From: Blepharisma stoltei ATCC 30299
Lineage: Eukaryota > Protista > Ciliophora
DNA: 64,000 nucleotides
Reading direction: 5' to 3'
Assembly: GCA_965603825.1 (NCBI GenBank)
Contig: CBFDEM010000055.1
Coordinates: forward strand, 124,001-188,000
Shown piece after piece: positions 12,010-23,873 of this stretch. Under the pieces are notes generated by a model. That model searched no databases. It was not told the DNA's origin and was given only the letters and a program-made list of their open reading frames with translations. Each line of letters begins with the position of its first letter. Within the stretch, counting starts at the first letter, position 1. A program made the translations under genes and the position numbers.

Positions 12010-13494
12010 TTACGGGAGAGTATCATTTGAGGTCTTCACAATAACCGTCTTACTTTCCAAATAATTTTCGAGCCCTTGTTCTCCTAGTTCTCTTCCGACT
12101 CCGGAATTCTTATATCCTCCGAAAGGTGTATTCTCACGGAAAACATCATAGCAGTTTACATAAACGGTGCCAGTTCTTAATGAATTAGTGATTTTAAGCG
12201 CTTTTTCAATATCTCTTGTATGCACGCCTGCTCCAAGCCCATATTGAGAATTGTTTGCTCTTTGGATGACTTCATCAATAGTTTTGAATTTTAAGATGTT
12301 CATGACAGGTCCGAAAATTTCTTCTCTAGCAATAGTCATATTATCAGTGACATCAGCAAAAATAGTAGGCTCAATGAAATATCCTTTCTTTCCCCATCTG
12401 TTTCCTCCAAGTAATAATTTTGCACCTTCTTGCTTCCCTTTAGTAATATACCCAAGAATTTTTTTAAATTGAACATGATCGATCTGAGGACCTTGAGTAG
12501 TCTTCGGATCTAGTGGATCTCCAAGAACTCTTGTTTTGGCACTCTCAACAATTTTTTCAAGGAATTTCTCGTATATTGATTCTTGTACAAAAAGTCTTGA
12601 CCCAGCAATGCAGCATTGCCCTTGATTTAAGAATAGTCCAATATGTGCTTGAGCAATAGCACAATCCATATCAGCATCATCAAGTACAATATTAGGGCTT
12701 TTCCCTCCTAATTCTAAGGTAACTCTTTTTAGATTGCCAGTTGAAGCATTCCTCATAATTTCAAGGCCTACTTCTGTTGACCCTGTAAAGGCAATTTTAT
12801 CAATATCAGGGTGAACTACCATTGCTGCTCCAGCATCACCATAACCTGGCAAAATATTCACAACTCCTTCAGGGAAACCTGCCTCGACAATTAACTCGCC
12901 AACTTTCAGGGCAGATAAAGGAGTCAGTTCGGCTGGCTTAAGAATAACAGTACAGCCTGCTGCTAGGGCAGGGCCTAATTTCCAAGATTGCATAAGCAGT
13001 GGGAAGTTCCACGGGATAATTTGTCCAGCCACACCTTTTGGTTCTTTTCTAGTATAACAGAGGTAAGGACCTGTAATCGGAATATTCGATCCTCGAATAT
13101 TGTTAGCAGCTCCTGCATAATATTCGTAACATTGAATAGCTAACGGGACGTCAATATTTTTAGAATCGCTGATTGGCTTTCCATTGTCAATTGTTTCCAA
13201 TTTTGCCAAGTCGTCCTGATGCTTAGTCATTAAGTGGGCGAGATTATGGAGGAGAGCGCCTCTTTCCCTTCCACTCATTCTGCGCCATGGTCCGTTGTCA
13301 AAAGCGTTTCTTGCTGCTTTGACAGCCTTGTTGACGTCTTCTTCATTGGATCTCTGGACTTCAGCAATCACTTCTTCGGTTGCAGGGTTGATCGTTTGGA
13401 AAGTGCTATGCGAGCTAGACTTAACCCACTGATTGTTTATGAGAAGATGGGTTTGATACCTCGATGAAAACCTTCTTGCAAGATTGTTGAGCAT
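12010..13494 (-). CDS. ALDH2: Mitochondrial aldehyde dehydrogenase (ALDH1/2 family)
   Basis: [39 protein letters not shown]; presequence-like [11 protein letters not shown] from the ATG at 13494. Confidence 0.93.
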   Translation of the reverse strand: MLNNLARRFSSRYQTHLLINNQWVKSSSHSTFQTINPATEEVIAEVQRSNEEDVNKAVKAARNAFDNGPWRRMSGRERGALLHNLAHLMTKHQDDLAKLETIDNGKPISDSKNIDVPLAIQCYEYYAGAANNIRGSNIPITGPYLCYTRKEPKGVAGQIIPWNFPLLMQSWKLGPALAAGCTVILKPAELTPLSALKVGELIVEAGFPEGVVNILPGYGDAGAAMVVHPDIDKIAFTGSTEVGLEIMRNASTGNLKRVTLELGGKSPNIVLDDADMDCAIAQAHIGLFLNQGQCCIAGSRLFVQESIYEKFLEKIVESAKTRVLGDPLDPKTTQGPQIDHVQFKKILGYITKGKQEGAKLLLGGNRWGKKGYFIEPTIFADVTDNMTIAREEIFGPVMNILKFKTIDEVIQRANNSQYGLGAGVHTRDIEKALKITNSLRTGTVYVNCYDVFRENTPFGGYKNSGVGRELGEQGLENYLESKTVIVKTSNDTLP

Positions 13495-14263
13495 TTTATA
13501 GCAATGGTTATGGTCGATCAAAATATCGACAAAGAAATGGAGCTTTACATGTGGATAGCGAGGAAAAAATTTAATCAAAAAAAGTGATTGAAATTATGCA
13601 AATCAAACGTTTTACTTGATAATTTTGTTTAAAAAAATTTAACATTAACAATGGCAGCTGATATTGGAGAAAGCTTCATTTTTTAAAGGAAATTAAAAAA
13701 AATGATGATGAGTTACAAATTCTCTAACAATTAAAAAATTAAAAAATATTTAAACAATACAAATCTAAAGTATAGATAAAACAATCTGCATGCAATAGAG
13801 CATATCAATAAATTTATAAATATATACATACAATTTACTTTAATTTCAATTAAAAGTTGCAGCTAAATACTTCAGCACTTTCTAAAATATGCTTTGTGAT
13901 TTGCTAAGACTTTTTCCAGCTTTTCCATTCATATAATATATAATGATTTTGTAACTAGCTATCACTTTTCAGGTCTTTCTTGGTCAAAACAATATATCTC
14001 AAATAATATATAGCTATAAAAATTTATGGAGAATTAGCTTAACAATTTTATGGACAAGCTAACTTCCCAATTTTACTTTAAAAATACTTTATGTACGACA
14101 AAAGAGATAGAGTTTACAATATCTTAGATTTTTTATTTTTAAAATATTTATTATTAGATATTTTACGGCTGCGGGCACAGCATTCCCCTTGCTTTTAATC
14201 CTAAAATTCCAAACAAAACAAAAAATTTTCCTATAATTATTCCATCAGCAATAATTTAACTAA

Positions 14264-15745
14264 ATGGCAGATCCTAAAAAAGTTAATCCTGCTAATACAT
14301 CCCTCATCTCCCATACATCAACAACCTCGAATCCTACAGAAAGTTTAGCTGACAACCCTTCCCAAAGCGCCAACAGAGTGCTACAAGAATTAAGAGAAAA
14401 GTTCAATATTTACCATGATATTGCCAATTCAGATAAAGAAATCATCTTGCAAAGCCTCGAAAAGCTCAGCAAAACTGAAAGCACTGGATCTGATTTCTAT
14501 GCTTTAAAATACATAGAAATCGGCAAAGCCTGTGACTGAATCGAAACCAGAAAAGATGCTTTAGGAAAGGCGGAATTTGTAGAAAGCACAGTCATAAGCG
14601 AAGATAGAGAAACAACAAAAAAAATGCTTGGATTTATTAACAAAATGAATATTAGCAGTGAAATTATAAAACAGAGAGTTGAAAAACTAATCGCTCTATT
14701 TGGCCATAAAGACCAAGCCCTTCCAACTCCTTCAATTCCTTCTGAAGAAGAAAAAGGCAAAGCATTTATAATAAACCCTCATACAGAAATCGATTTCAAT
14801 CGAGATCGCCCAATTTACTGTAACCGAATAGGTATGATTATTGATGAGATCATATGGAAAGGGAAAATTAAAAGCACTGGGGCTGAGGTTTCCATTAAAA
14901 TTTATAGAAGTAAAAACGAAGAAGAAGTAAGGAAATATGAAAGGGAAGGCAAAATTATGCAATTTCTGCACAGAAGGCACCCAGTCTTCTTAGACTATTA
15001 TGGGATGTTTTATGAAAGTATAATGGAAGGGATTGAGCAGTATCATCTTTTGTATCTAGTTACGGAGTATTGTGAATGCTCTCTCATGGATGATATGTCG
15101 CTCCGCACTCAATTTCAGCAATATTATATAAACGATGGCAGCTATTATACAATTGTTCTAAGCCTTTTAGAAGGTTTCATAATACTTGAAGAATTAAAAA
15201 TTTATCATCAAAACATAAAGCCTCATAATATTTTTCTTGCTAAAACTGGGCAACTCAAAATCGCAGACTTCAGTAATTCAACATTTGACGAAGCCCCAGA
15301 ATCTACATGTACGAATAAGCGTCTACATGCTATAAAAGGAACAAAAATTTATATGGCCCCAGAGCTTCAAACTGCAATGGATAGGATTATAACTGAACCT
15401 AAAGCTCCAAGGTACATAAAATATAAGCGTAGAAAAGCTGATGTTTATTCTTTAGGATTGACATTCCTGCAGCTTTACTTTTTCATGCCTGTCACAGATA
15501 TTAATAGATGCACTGATCAAGATTATATGAATAACTACTTGTATCGGCTTCAACCTCCTCACGTTGCTATTATGCTAAAAGGGATGCTTGCCTTTGATCC
15601 GAAATTTAGGTTTAGCTTTAAAAATGCGATAGCTGCAGTTCCGACCTCTTATAGCAGCCAAGACTTTTCAGATGACGACTATCCCATCAGCAATTTCAGC
15701 TACAAACTCAGAAAAAACTCCACCAGCAATCTGAACACTAGTTAG
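14264..15745 (+). CDS. Protein kinase-like protein, predicted pseudokinase, copy A (493 aa)
   Basis: ORFs 14264 and 14624 are joined by TGA 14537-14539, where the paralogue has TGG (17270-17272). VSIK, HQNIKPHN (no catalytic Asp), DFS, YMAPE, DVYSLG. Confidence 0.85.
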
Positions 15746-15964
15746 AGAGCCAAAAAAAATTCCTAACTTACCAAAAAGAGGTAATTAAAACGTTTTAACC
15801 ATAGCAATTGCTAGCTTAGTTATGTTTTATATTTTAATTGGGAAATAAAAAAGGTAGCAAAATTTTTTAGTCTTCCTAATATCTTTTGCAATAAATTTAT
15901 GATATTCAGATATTTTTCTATTAGCTATGATATTTTATTTTATAGCTGTTTAAGACAAAAATTA

Positions 15965-16823
15965 TTAAAATGTTTCCTCTTCTTCTAGGTAATAAAAAGA
16001 TCGTTTGGCTTCAATCATTTCACTTTCTATAAGAATTGCCTCGATTCTATTTGTTTTCTTTTTAATGTTTTTGATAAGCTGGAATCCGCCGCCATAAACT
16101 CCAAAGGCAAGCATATATATAAACACCACAAAGCCTATAATTGCTTCTGAATCTTGAAATTCCATATGGTCTCGCAAATACCCAGATATTGGTGGACCTG
16201 CAGCTCTCCCAGATCACACACCTAAAGCTAAGAGAGCAGACAATTTATCTAATACATGTGATTTTTCTAAATATGGCGCCTTCATAAAAGCATCAGCAGC
16301 CATGTCAGGCAAAAAGCTAACCATTCCGAATAATAACCCTACCCCAATAAGGGCAAGTGATAATGATAAATTTGCAAAATTAGGAGGTATATGCAAAACT
16401 GATATCGGCCCTATTGCAAATAAAGAAAATGCTAAAATAAGTAAATTTAACAGTATGAGCACTTTGTACTTTAAAACTCCTTTAAATCGACTTAAGATCA
16501 AAATAGAAACTGTAAAGCATGATGTAGTAATACAGAAGAAAAACCCAACATTTGCATCGCTTACAGAGAAATTACTTGTGATAAAATTGCTCAATGTCGG
16601 ATCAATTGAAGAGCTTGCAAAATAAGCAATAAATATACTAATGAAATCCATTAGCGTAGTCCTCATTTTTAAAATTGCATTTCATGATACAGGGATAGGT
16701 GGATTTTCATAGCCCAAGGAGAATCCTTTGGGACAGACTAAAATATCAGCGGTATCATCAATAATAAAAATACTGAATAAGTTAAAAAAATGCAGTAAAT
16801 TCCCCAATTCGATATCGCGCAGA
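15965..16823 (-). pseudogene. 5'-truncated MFS transporter duplicate
   Basis: Copy of 18620-19474 that lacks the start. Has TGG>TAG at 16738-16740 and a 5-nt insertion at about 16711-16716. Confidence 0.88.
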
Positions 16824-16848
16824 CCTACGGACCCTGAAAGGCTTTATC

Positions 16849-19474
16849 TATATAGCTATAAAAATTTATGCAGAATTGGCTTAAAAATTTTCTGGACCAG
16901 CTAACTTCCCAATTTTACTTTAAAAATACTTTATGCGCAACACAAACAAAATAAAAAAATTTCCTTTAACTATTCCATCAGCAATAATTTAACTAAATGG
17001 CAGATCCTAAAAAAGTTAATCCTGCTAATACATCCCTCATCTCCCATACATCAACAACCTCGAATCCTACAGAAAGTTTAGCTGACAACCCTTCCCAAAG
17101 CGCCAGCAGAGTGCTACAAGAATTCAGAGAAAAGTTCAATATTTACCATGATATTGCCAATTCAGATAAAGAAGTAATCTTGCAAAGCCTCGAAAAGCTC
17201 AGCAAACTTGAAAGCACTGGATCTGATTTCTGTGCTTTAAAATACATAGTAATCGGCAAAGCCTGTGACTGGATCGAAACCAGAAACGATGCTTTAGGAA
17301 AGGCGGAATTTGTAGAAAGCACAGTCATAAGCGAAGATAGAGAAACGACAAAAATGATGCTTGGATTTATTAGCAAAATGAATATTAGCAGTGAAATTAT
17401 AAAACAGAGAGTTGAAAATCTAATCCCTCTATTTGGCCATAAAGACCAAGCCCTTCCAACTCCTTCAATTCCTTCTGAAGAAGAAAAAGGCAAAGCATTT
17501 ATAATAAACCCTCATACAGAAATCAATATCAATCGAGATTATCCAATTTACTGTAAGCAAAGAGGTATTATTAAAAAGATCATATGGAAAGGGAAAATTA
17601 AAAGCACTGGGGCTGAGGTTGCCATTAAAATTTATAGAAGTAAAAACGAAGAAGAAGTAAGGAAATATGAAAGGGAAGGCAAAATTATGCAATTTCTGCA
17701 CAGAAGGCACCCAGTCTTCTTAGACTATTATGGGATGTTTTATGAAAGTATAATGGAAGACAGTGAGCAGTATCATCTTTTGTATCTAGTAATGGAGCTT
17801 TGTGAACGCTCTCTCATGGATAATATTTCACTCCGCATTGAATCTCAGCAATATTATATAAGCGACAACAGCTATGATACAATGGTTCAAAGCCTTTTAG
17901 AGGGCTTCATAATACTTGAAGAATTAAAAATTTATCATCAAAACATAAAGCCTGATAATATTTTTCTAGCTAAAACTGGGCAACTCAAAATCGCAGATTT
18001 CTGTGTTTCAGCATTTGTCGAAGTCCCAGAATCTGCATGTGCGAATAAGTGTCTACATGCTATAATAGGAACAGAAAGTTATATGGCTCCAGAGCTTCAA
18101 ACTGCAATTGATAAGATGAGAATTGATCATACAGCTTCAAGGAACATACAATATAAGCGTGGAAAAGCTGATGCTTATTCTTTAGGATTGACATTCCTGC
18201 AGCTTTACTCTTTGCAGCCTGTCAGAGGTATTAATAGATGCCCTAATCAAGATTATATAAATAGCTACTTGGATCAGTTTCAACATCCTAAAGTTGCTAA
18301 TATGCTAAAAGGGATGCTTACCATTGATCCAAAAAAGAGGTTTAGCTTTAAAAAGGCGATAGCTACTTTTCAGACCTCTTATGGCAGCCAAGACTTTACA
18401 TGTGACTGCTAATTAGAGAGCCAAAAAAACCTAACTTACCAAAAAGAGGTAATTAAAACGTTTTACCATAGCAATACTAGCATTAATGTTTTATATTTTA
18501 ATTGGGAAATAGAAAAGGTAGCAAAATCTTTTTTAGTTTTTTGCAATAAATTTATGATATTCAGATATTTTTCTATTAGCTATGATATGTTATTTTATAG
18601 CTGTTTAAGACAAAAATTATTAAAATGTTTCCTCTTCTTCTAGGTAATAAAAAGATCGTTTGGCTTCAATCATTTCACTTTCTATAAGAATTGCCTCGAT
18701 TCTATTTGCTTTCTTTTTAATGTTTTTGATAAGCTGGAATCCTCCACCATAAATTCCAAATGCAAACATATATATAAACACCACAAAGCCTATAATTGCT
18801 TCTGAATCTTGAAATTCCATATGGTCTCGCAAATACCCAGATATTGGTGGACCTGCAGCTCTCCCAGATCATACACCTAAAGCTAAGAGAGCAGACAATT
18901 TATCTAATACATGTGATTTTTCTAAATATGGCGCCTTCATAAAAGCATCAGCAGCCATGTCAGGCAAAAAGCTAACCATTCCGAATGATAACCCTATCCC
19001 AATTAAAGCAAGTGATAATGATAGATTTGCAAAATTCGGAGGTATATGCAAAACTGATATCGGCCCTATTGCAAATAAAGAAAATGCTAAAATAAGTAAA
19101 TTTAACAGTATGAGCACTTTGTACTTTAAAACTCCTTTAAATCGACTTAAGATCAAAATAGAAACTGTAAAGCATGATGTAGTAATACAGAAGAAAAACC
19201 CAACATTTGCATCGCTTATAGAGAAATTATTTGTGATAAAATTGCTCAATGTCGGATCAATTGAAGAGCTTGCAAAATAAGCAATAAATATACTAATGAA
19301 ATCCATTAGCGTAGTCCTCATTTTTAAAATTGCATTTCATGATACAGGGATAGGTGGATTTTCATAAGGAGAATCCTTTGGGACAGACCAAAATATCAGC
19401 GGTATCATCAATAATAAAAATACTGAATAAGTTAGAAAAATAGCAGTAAATTCCCCAATTCGATATAGCACAGA
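16849..19474 (+). repeat. Tandem segmental duplication, copy 2
   Basis: Direct repeat of 14007-16823; runs into the intact MFS gene. Confidence 0.92.
16997..18412 (+). CDS. Protein kinase-like protein, predicted pseudokinase, copy B (471 aa)
   Basis: VAIK, HQNIKPDN (Asn for the catalytic Asp), DFC, YMAPE, DAYSLG; no Gly-rich loop. Confidence 0.88.
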   Translation: MADPKKVNPANTSLISHTSTTSNPTESLADNPSQSASRVLQEFREKFNIYHDIANSDKEVILQSLEKLSKLESTGSDFCALKYIVIGKACDWIETRNDALGKAEFVESTVISEDRETTKMMLGFISKMNISSEIIKQRVENLIPLFGHKDQALPTPSIPSEEEKGKAFIINPHTEININRDYPIYCKQRGIIKKIIWKGKIKSTGAEVAIKIYRSKNEEEVRKYEREGKIMQFLHRRHPVFLDYYGMFYESIMEDSEQYHLLYLVMELCERSLMDNISLRIESQQYYISDNSYDTMVQSLLEGFIILEELKIYHQNIKPDNIFLAKTGQLKIADFCVSAFVEVPESACANKCLHAIIGTESYMAPELQTAIDKMRIDHTASRNIQYKRGKADAYSLGLTFLQLYSLQPVRGINRCPNQDYINSYLDQFQHPKVANMLKGMLTIDPKKRFSFKKAIATFQTSYGSQDFTCDC

Positions 19475-19948
19475 TCCAATTATCGGCCCAAGAATTAAAC
19501 TAATTCCTATAACTGCTTGTTGCATGCCAATAACCTGAGAGATTTTGTCTTTATATGCATTTGTAAGGATTCCTAGTGACATAGCGCTTATCCCAGCTGA
19601 TGAAAATCCTTCGATGCATCTAATGATTATTCCTATCACTATGAATGATGTCGTATCATATTCTGGCAAGGTTGAAAGAATTGCTATATTCAAAACCTAT
19701 ATTTTTTTTACTTCAAATCCAATACAAGTAAGGAGGATTTTCTTTCGGCCTATTTTCGCCATAAGAGTGCCATAGATGGGCAAGCAGAGACAGGCTGCTA
19801 AAGGAGTAGATGCAATAATTATTCCAGTATCTCAGCTTGAAAGACCTTTATGGCTAGCCAGTCTGGGAAGATAAGGTGCAATATTTGAATTCGACGAATT
19901 TATTACGAATTCTAAAGCTAAAACTCCTATAAGTGTTCATTCTGGCAT
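18620..19948 (-). CDS. MFS transporter, SLC18B1/VMAT-like (join 19948-19712,19696-18620)
   Basis: ATG at 19948 gives MPEW(TGA)TLIGVLALEF...IAPYLP; motif A-like GTLMAKIGRK, RCIEGFSS, LGPIIGS, AGPPISG. Four TGA-Trp codons and one 15-nt intron. Confidence 0.85.
19697..19711 (-). other. 15-nt intron GTAAAAAAAATATAG
   Basis: GT..AG, A at position 10, in-frame TAG within the MFS gene. Confidence 0.88.
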
Positions 19949-20415
19949 TTTGCTATTATTTCTTTTGATTAATTTTTAGTTTATTGAAGTAAAATAGTAA
20001 GTAAAGAAATTTATAAAAAGCATTGGAATGCTCTTATGAAAAACCTCTACTCATTTAGATAATAATTGTCTCAGATTTGATAAAATGAAGAAGATTATAT
20101 AATTGCATGAAATAGTAGAGGGCGATAACAGATTAAATTCAAAATTTCTAATATTCTGATTAGTGGTTTATATTTCTCTCTTAATTTCTCTATATCTTAA
20201 TTAATATAGGTTTAGACATTTACTCATCGGAGGATTAAAGCAAGGAGAATTTGTGATTTCTCCTAGCAAAATTATATGATTTGCTATGCTTATCTCGAAA
20301 CCTATAATAATTTTCCTGATACTCCTTATATTTTCGATTAAATATCATCAATAAGAGTCAACTCAGCATTTGTCTTTATATAATAAATTTCACTGTTATA
20401 TAATACTCTTCATCT

Positions 20416-21111
20416 ATGAAGAAAATCCTTAAATCTCACTCAATACATTATCATTTCTCTCCTCATCAAGACTTAATTGAGCCAGATTCCGAAGAAACTC
20501 CAAACTACCAAGAAGAACTTGACGAAGGCTGCTATGCCGATTCCGAATTATCTGATAGTGACATTATCAGCCCTCAAACTTCTTTTTTGCATAAAAACAC
20601 TAGCTCAATCGGCAATGGGCTGTCCAAAAGCTTTCAAGATGACGTAGACATTCAAATTCACTTAATCCAAAGTCAGCACAAAAAGCGAGAAGATTATGAT
20701 CGCAGACTGCGAGTCTTGCTGAAAAAATCGCTATTAGATTTATTTTTTAAATTCAAAGCACAAAAATGAACTCCAATGCCTGAAGTGATTGAAGAAAGAA
20801 GCAGCGAAGAACAAAGTCCAATCCGAGCTTTAGGTAAAGATGAGCCTGATCCAGCCTATTTAAGACTAGAGTTTTCGGAAGATAAAGCGAAAAGGCCAAA
20901 TTTAAGAATCCATAGAAGGTCTTTGTCTACTCCTGAACCTATCACTGATGATGAAATCAGGCATTGCCAAGAAATTGCTGAAGAGGTTACGTAAGGGCTA
21001 AATAGGGAAATAGAGAAGTCGAGAATAATCCCTAGATTAAAAGAGAAGCTGTCTCCTGGAACACCTACATATGCAAAAGTGAATATCCTCAATTATTCAA
21101 CATTAAACTAA
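20416..21111 (+). CDS. Hypothetical protein (join 20416-20990,21006-21111)
   Basis: ORFs 20416 and 20776 are linked by TGA 20767-20769; a 15-nt intron removes TAA 20992-20994 and extends the frame to TAA 21109-21111. Confidence 0.65.
20991..21005 (+). other. 15-nt intron GTAAGGGCTAAATAG
   Basis: GTAA..TAG, A at position 10, coding-like sequence downstream. Confidence 0.75.
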
Positions 21112-21402
21112 ACTGTAAATTTTTAATTTTTATATTCAAATATTCTGAGCAGAACGAAGTAAATTCTTCAACGTATAAGAATCAAGCTTCTTTAATATAC
21201 AAAAATATAATAATTTTGGATTTAAAAAGGAGATATTAGGCTCATTTAGCAGTCTAAAACCCAACAGATCTTATAAGGCTATTTTTAATGCCAATAGCTT
21301 CTGATTCTCTTTATAAAGCACCTCAGAATTGTATCCACAATTTCATTGCTTTTATTTTTATAATTTCTTCCTATTAAATGTTGCATAAATTAAAAGCCGA
21401 AG

Positions 21403-23460
21403 ATGGATTCCAGTGAAGAATTTGCAGGAACATTTTACAGCAACTTGCGCTCACTCATAACCCTCGTAGATCATTTGAGAGATGCTGGACTTCAAAAATA
21501 CATTCGGCTTCCTAGAATAGTTACCTTGGGACTCCAGAGCAGTGGAAAGAGTTCAGTACTTGAGTCAATAGTAGGGCTCAATTTTTTGCCTAGAAATGAA
21601 GGAGTCTGTACTCGCAGACCATTGGAGCTTAGACTTGTCCATGAAGAAAACCAAACACAGCCATGGGCTATTTTTGAAGGCAACACGACTAGGTATACTG
21701 AATTTGAAAAAGTTAGAGAACAGATCGAAAGACTGACAGATGACCGTGCAGGAAAAAATAAAGGAATTGTTGATGATCCAATTATTCTGACAATCCACTC
21801 TTCCACTTGTCCTGATCTTACACTGATTGATCTTCCTGGGATTACTAGAATCCCTATTAAAAATAGTGATCAACCAGCTGACATTGAAAAGATTACTAAG
21901 GAAATGGCATATAGATATATCTCTGACCCAAGAACTATCATCTTATGTGTTATTGCTGCAAATACTGATATCAGCACCAGCGAATCGTTGCTGATGGCAA
22001 ATAAAGTCGACAAGACTGGAATTAGGACTTTAGGGGTTATCACAAAAATCGATATTATGGACAGAGGAACCAATGCCAAAAAAGTCCTAATGGGGCAAGA
22101 AGTAGCGTTGAGACTTGGCTTCATCGGAGTCAAAAATAGATCTCAAGAAGACATCAATAACAATGTCAGAGTTGGAGCAGCTTTAAGAGAAGAACAAGAG
22201 TACTTCGCACAGCACCCCGTTTACTCCACAATGCCTCCTGGATATTTAGGCACAGATGTCCTTACCCAGCGTTTAACTCAAATTTTATTCAACCACATCA
22301 AGCACTTCCTTCCTGAAATTCTCAAAGAAACGATGTACAGGATCAAAGAATGTGACGAAAGACTAAAAGAGCTCGGACCAAGCACCCCAGTCGAGCCTAA
22401 ACAAAGGACCCAGTTGCTTTGGAACATGATCACTGATTACTGTGAAACCTTCAAAAACACAATTAGAGGGAAATTTGAACGGAGAAGCAACTCAAGAATT
22501 GCAAAAGATCTAGCTGGAGGAGTCACTATTAAGCACTATTTCAATACCTTATTAGAAGACTATTCAGGAAACTACAACGCAACTCAAGATTATAGCAACG
22601 AAGATATCCAGAGAATCATGGCACAGCATGAAGGTGATAATATCCCTGGCTTCCCTTCTGTTGATGTGCTGCTTTTCTTGCTACAGCCACAGCTTGAAAG
22701 GCTTAAATCACCAGTTCTTGACTGCTTGATGGACGTTCACTCCTATTTAGATCAGCTTGCACACAAGATTGTAGAAAGAGTCTTTTATAGGTTCCCGACA
22801 ATGGCTGGAGAAATTGGGGATATCTCTTCACATGTTTTGGTAAAAGAAAGAGAAGCATGCAAGTCAATCGTTGAGAATTTAATTGACGCTGAAGAAGGGT
22901 ATATTTTCACTAATGATGTTGAATATCTAGCAAAGAGAACAGACTTGATACCAAAAAGTGACGCCAAAGTGGCAAGAAACCCAGAAAATGTATTTGTTGA
23001 TGAAATTAGAAGCAGAATTGACACCTACTTCAGGATTGTGGTGAGAAATGTAAGAGATACCGTTCCTAAGATCATTGGATATTTCTTAGTAAGATCAGTC
23101 ATGGATAAGCTGCAAATGGAGCTTTATGAAAGTATCAATAGGAGCGAAACAATTTTAAACTTATTAAGCGAGCCAGCTCACATCACTACCGAAAGAGATA
23201 ACATCAAGAAGCAACTTCAAACACTTAGAAAAGCTGAAAAAATACTTAAGCACGATCCGAATCTTGCTGCCCAAGCTAACTCAATCGAAGATGAAATACT
23301 CAAAGCAGCAAATGAACAAGCAACAAGCGAAGAACCAAAGAAAAAACTAGACGACTTAAAAGATGACACCACACCACCACCAGTGATTCAAAAAGTGGAT
23401 AAGCAGCCTTCAGGAGGGAGCGGATTGTTTTCAGGAGGAAAGTCTAAAGGGTTATTTTAA
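21403..23460 (+). CDS. Dynamin-related GTPase (no PH or proline-rich domain)
   Basis: GLQSSGKSS, CTRRP, DLPG and TKID motifs; middle and GED domains. Confidence 0.95.
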   Translation: MDSSEEFAGTFYSNLRSLITLVDHLRDAGLQKYIRLPRIVTLGLQSSGKSSVLESIVGLNFLPRNEGVCTRRPLELRLVHEENQTQPWAIFEGNTTRYTEFEKVREQIERLTDDRAGKNKGIVDDPIILTIHSSTCPDLTLIDLPGITRIPIKNSDQPADIEKITKEMAYRYISDPRTIILCVIAANTDISTSESLLMANKVDKTGIRTLGVITKIDIMDRGTNAKKVLMGQEVALRLGFIGVKNRSQEDINNNVRVGAALREEQEYFAQHPVYSTMPPGYLGTDVLTQRLTQILFNHIKHFLPEILKETMYRIKECDERLKELGPSTPVEPKQRTQLLWNMITDYCETFKNTIRGKFERRSNSRIAKDLAGGVTIKHYFNTLLEDYSGNYNATQDYSNEDIQRIMAQHEGDNIPGFPSVDVLLFLLQPQLERLKSPVLDCLMDVHSYLDQLAHKIVERVFYRFPTMAGEIGDISSHVLVKEREACKSIVENLIDAEEGYIFTNDVEYLAKRTDLIPKSDAKVARNPENVFVDEIRSRIDTYFRIVVRNVRDTVPKIIGYFLVRSVMDKLQMELYESINRSETILNLLSEPAHITTERDNIKKQLQTLRKAEKILKHDPNLAAQANSIEDEILKAANEQATSEEPKKKLDDLKDDTTPPPVIQKVDKQPSGGSGLFSGGKSKGLF

Positions 23461-23504
23461 GAAATTCTTTTATAAATGGACAATTTAATAATAAGTGGCT
23501 CATA

Positions 23505-23873
23505 ATGGCTGAACCATCACTGGAGAAAGGAAAAGGAAAGGGAATTGAGAGTGAGGCAAAGCCACAGAAGATTCGCTTTACTTTGACATCCACAAAACTA
23601 CAAGTACTCGAAAGCATGACAACCAAATTGATAACATCAGCGAAAAAGGAAAATCTGAAGACCTATGGACCTGTAAGACTCCCCACCAAGATATTGAGGA
23701 TTACTGTCAGAAAAAGTCCTTGCGGGAATGGAACATCTACTTTTGATAGACTTGAAATGAGAATACATAAAAGAGTTGTGACATTAATCTGCCCGACTGA
23801 TTTCATTAAGAAGGTCACTGATTTCAATATTGATCCTGGTGTAGAGGTCGAACTTCACTTTACAGAATTCTAA
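23505..23873 (+). CDS. RPS20: 40S ribosomal protein S20 (uS10)
   Basis: GPVRLPTKILRITVRKSPCGNG...EMRIHKR. Confidence 0.95.
   Translation: MAEPSLEKGKGKGIESEAKPQKIRFTLTSTKLQVLESMTTKLITSAKKENLKTYGPVRLPTKILRITVRKSPCGNGTSTFDRLEMRIHKRVVTLICPTDFIKKVTDFNIDPGVEVELHFTEF

Larger units (their letters stand above)
14007..16823 (+). repeat. Tandem segmental duplication, copy 1 (kinase plus 3' part of the MFS gene)
   Basis: Near-identical to 16849-19474, from TATATAGCTATAAAAATTTATG to TCCCCAATTCGATAT..CAGA, including intergenic DNA. Confidence 0.92.

Noticed and set aside
14101-14209. 109-bp copy-specific segment as an IES or MITE
   Set aside because: It is bounded by CAAA microhomology rather than TA and has no terminal inverted repeat; a deletion in copy 2 is simpler.
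20240-20285. Hairpin AGGAGAA..TTCTCCT in an intergenic spacer
   Set aside because: A 7-bp stem is expected by chance, and no snoRNA or snRNA boxes were identified.
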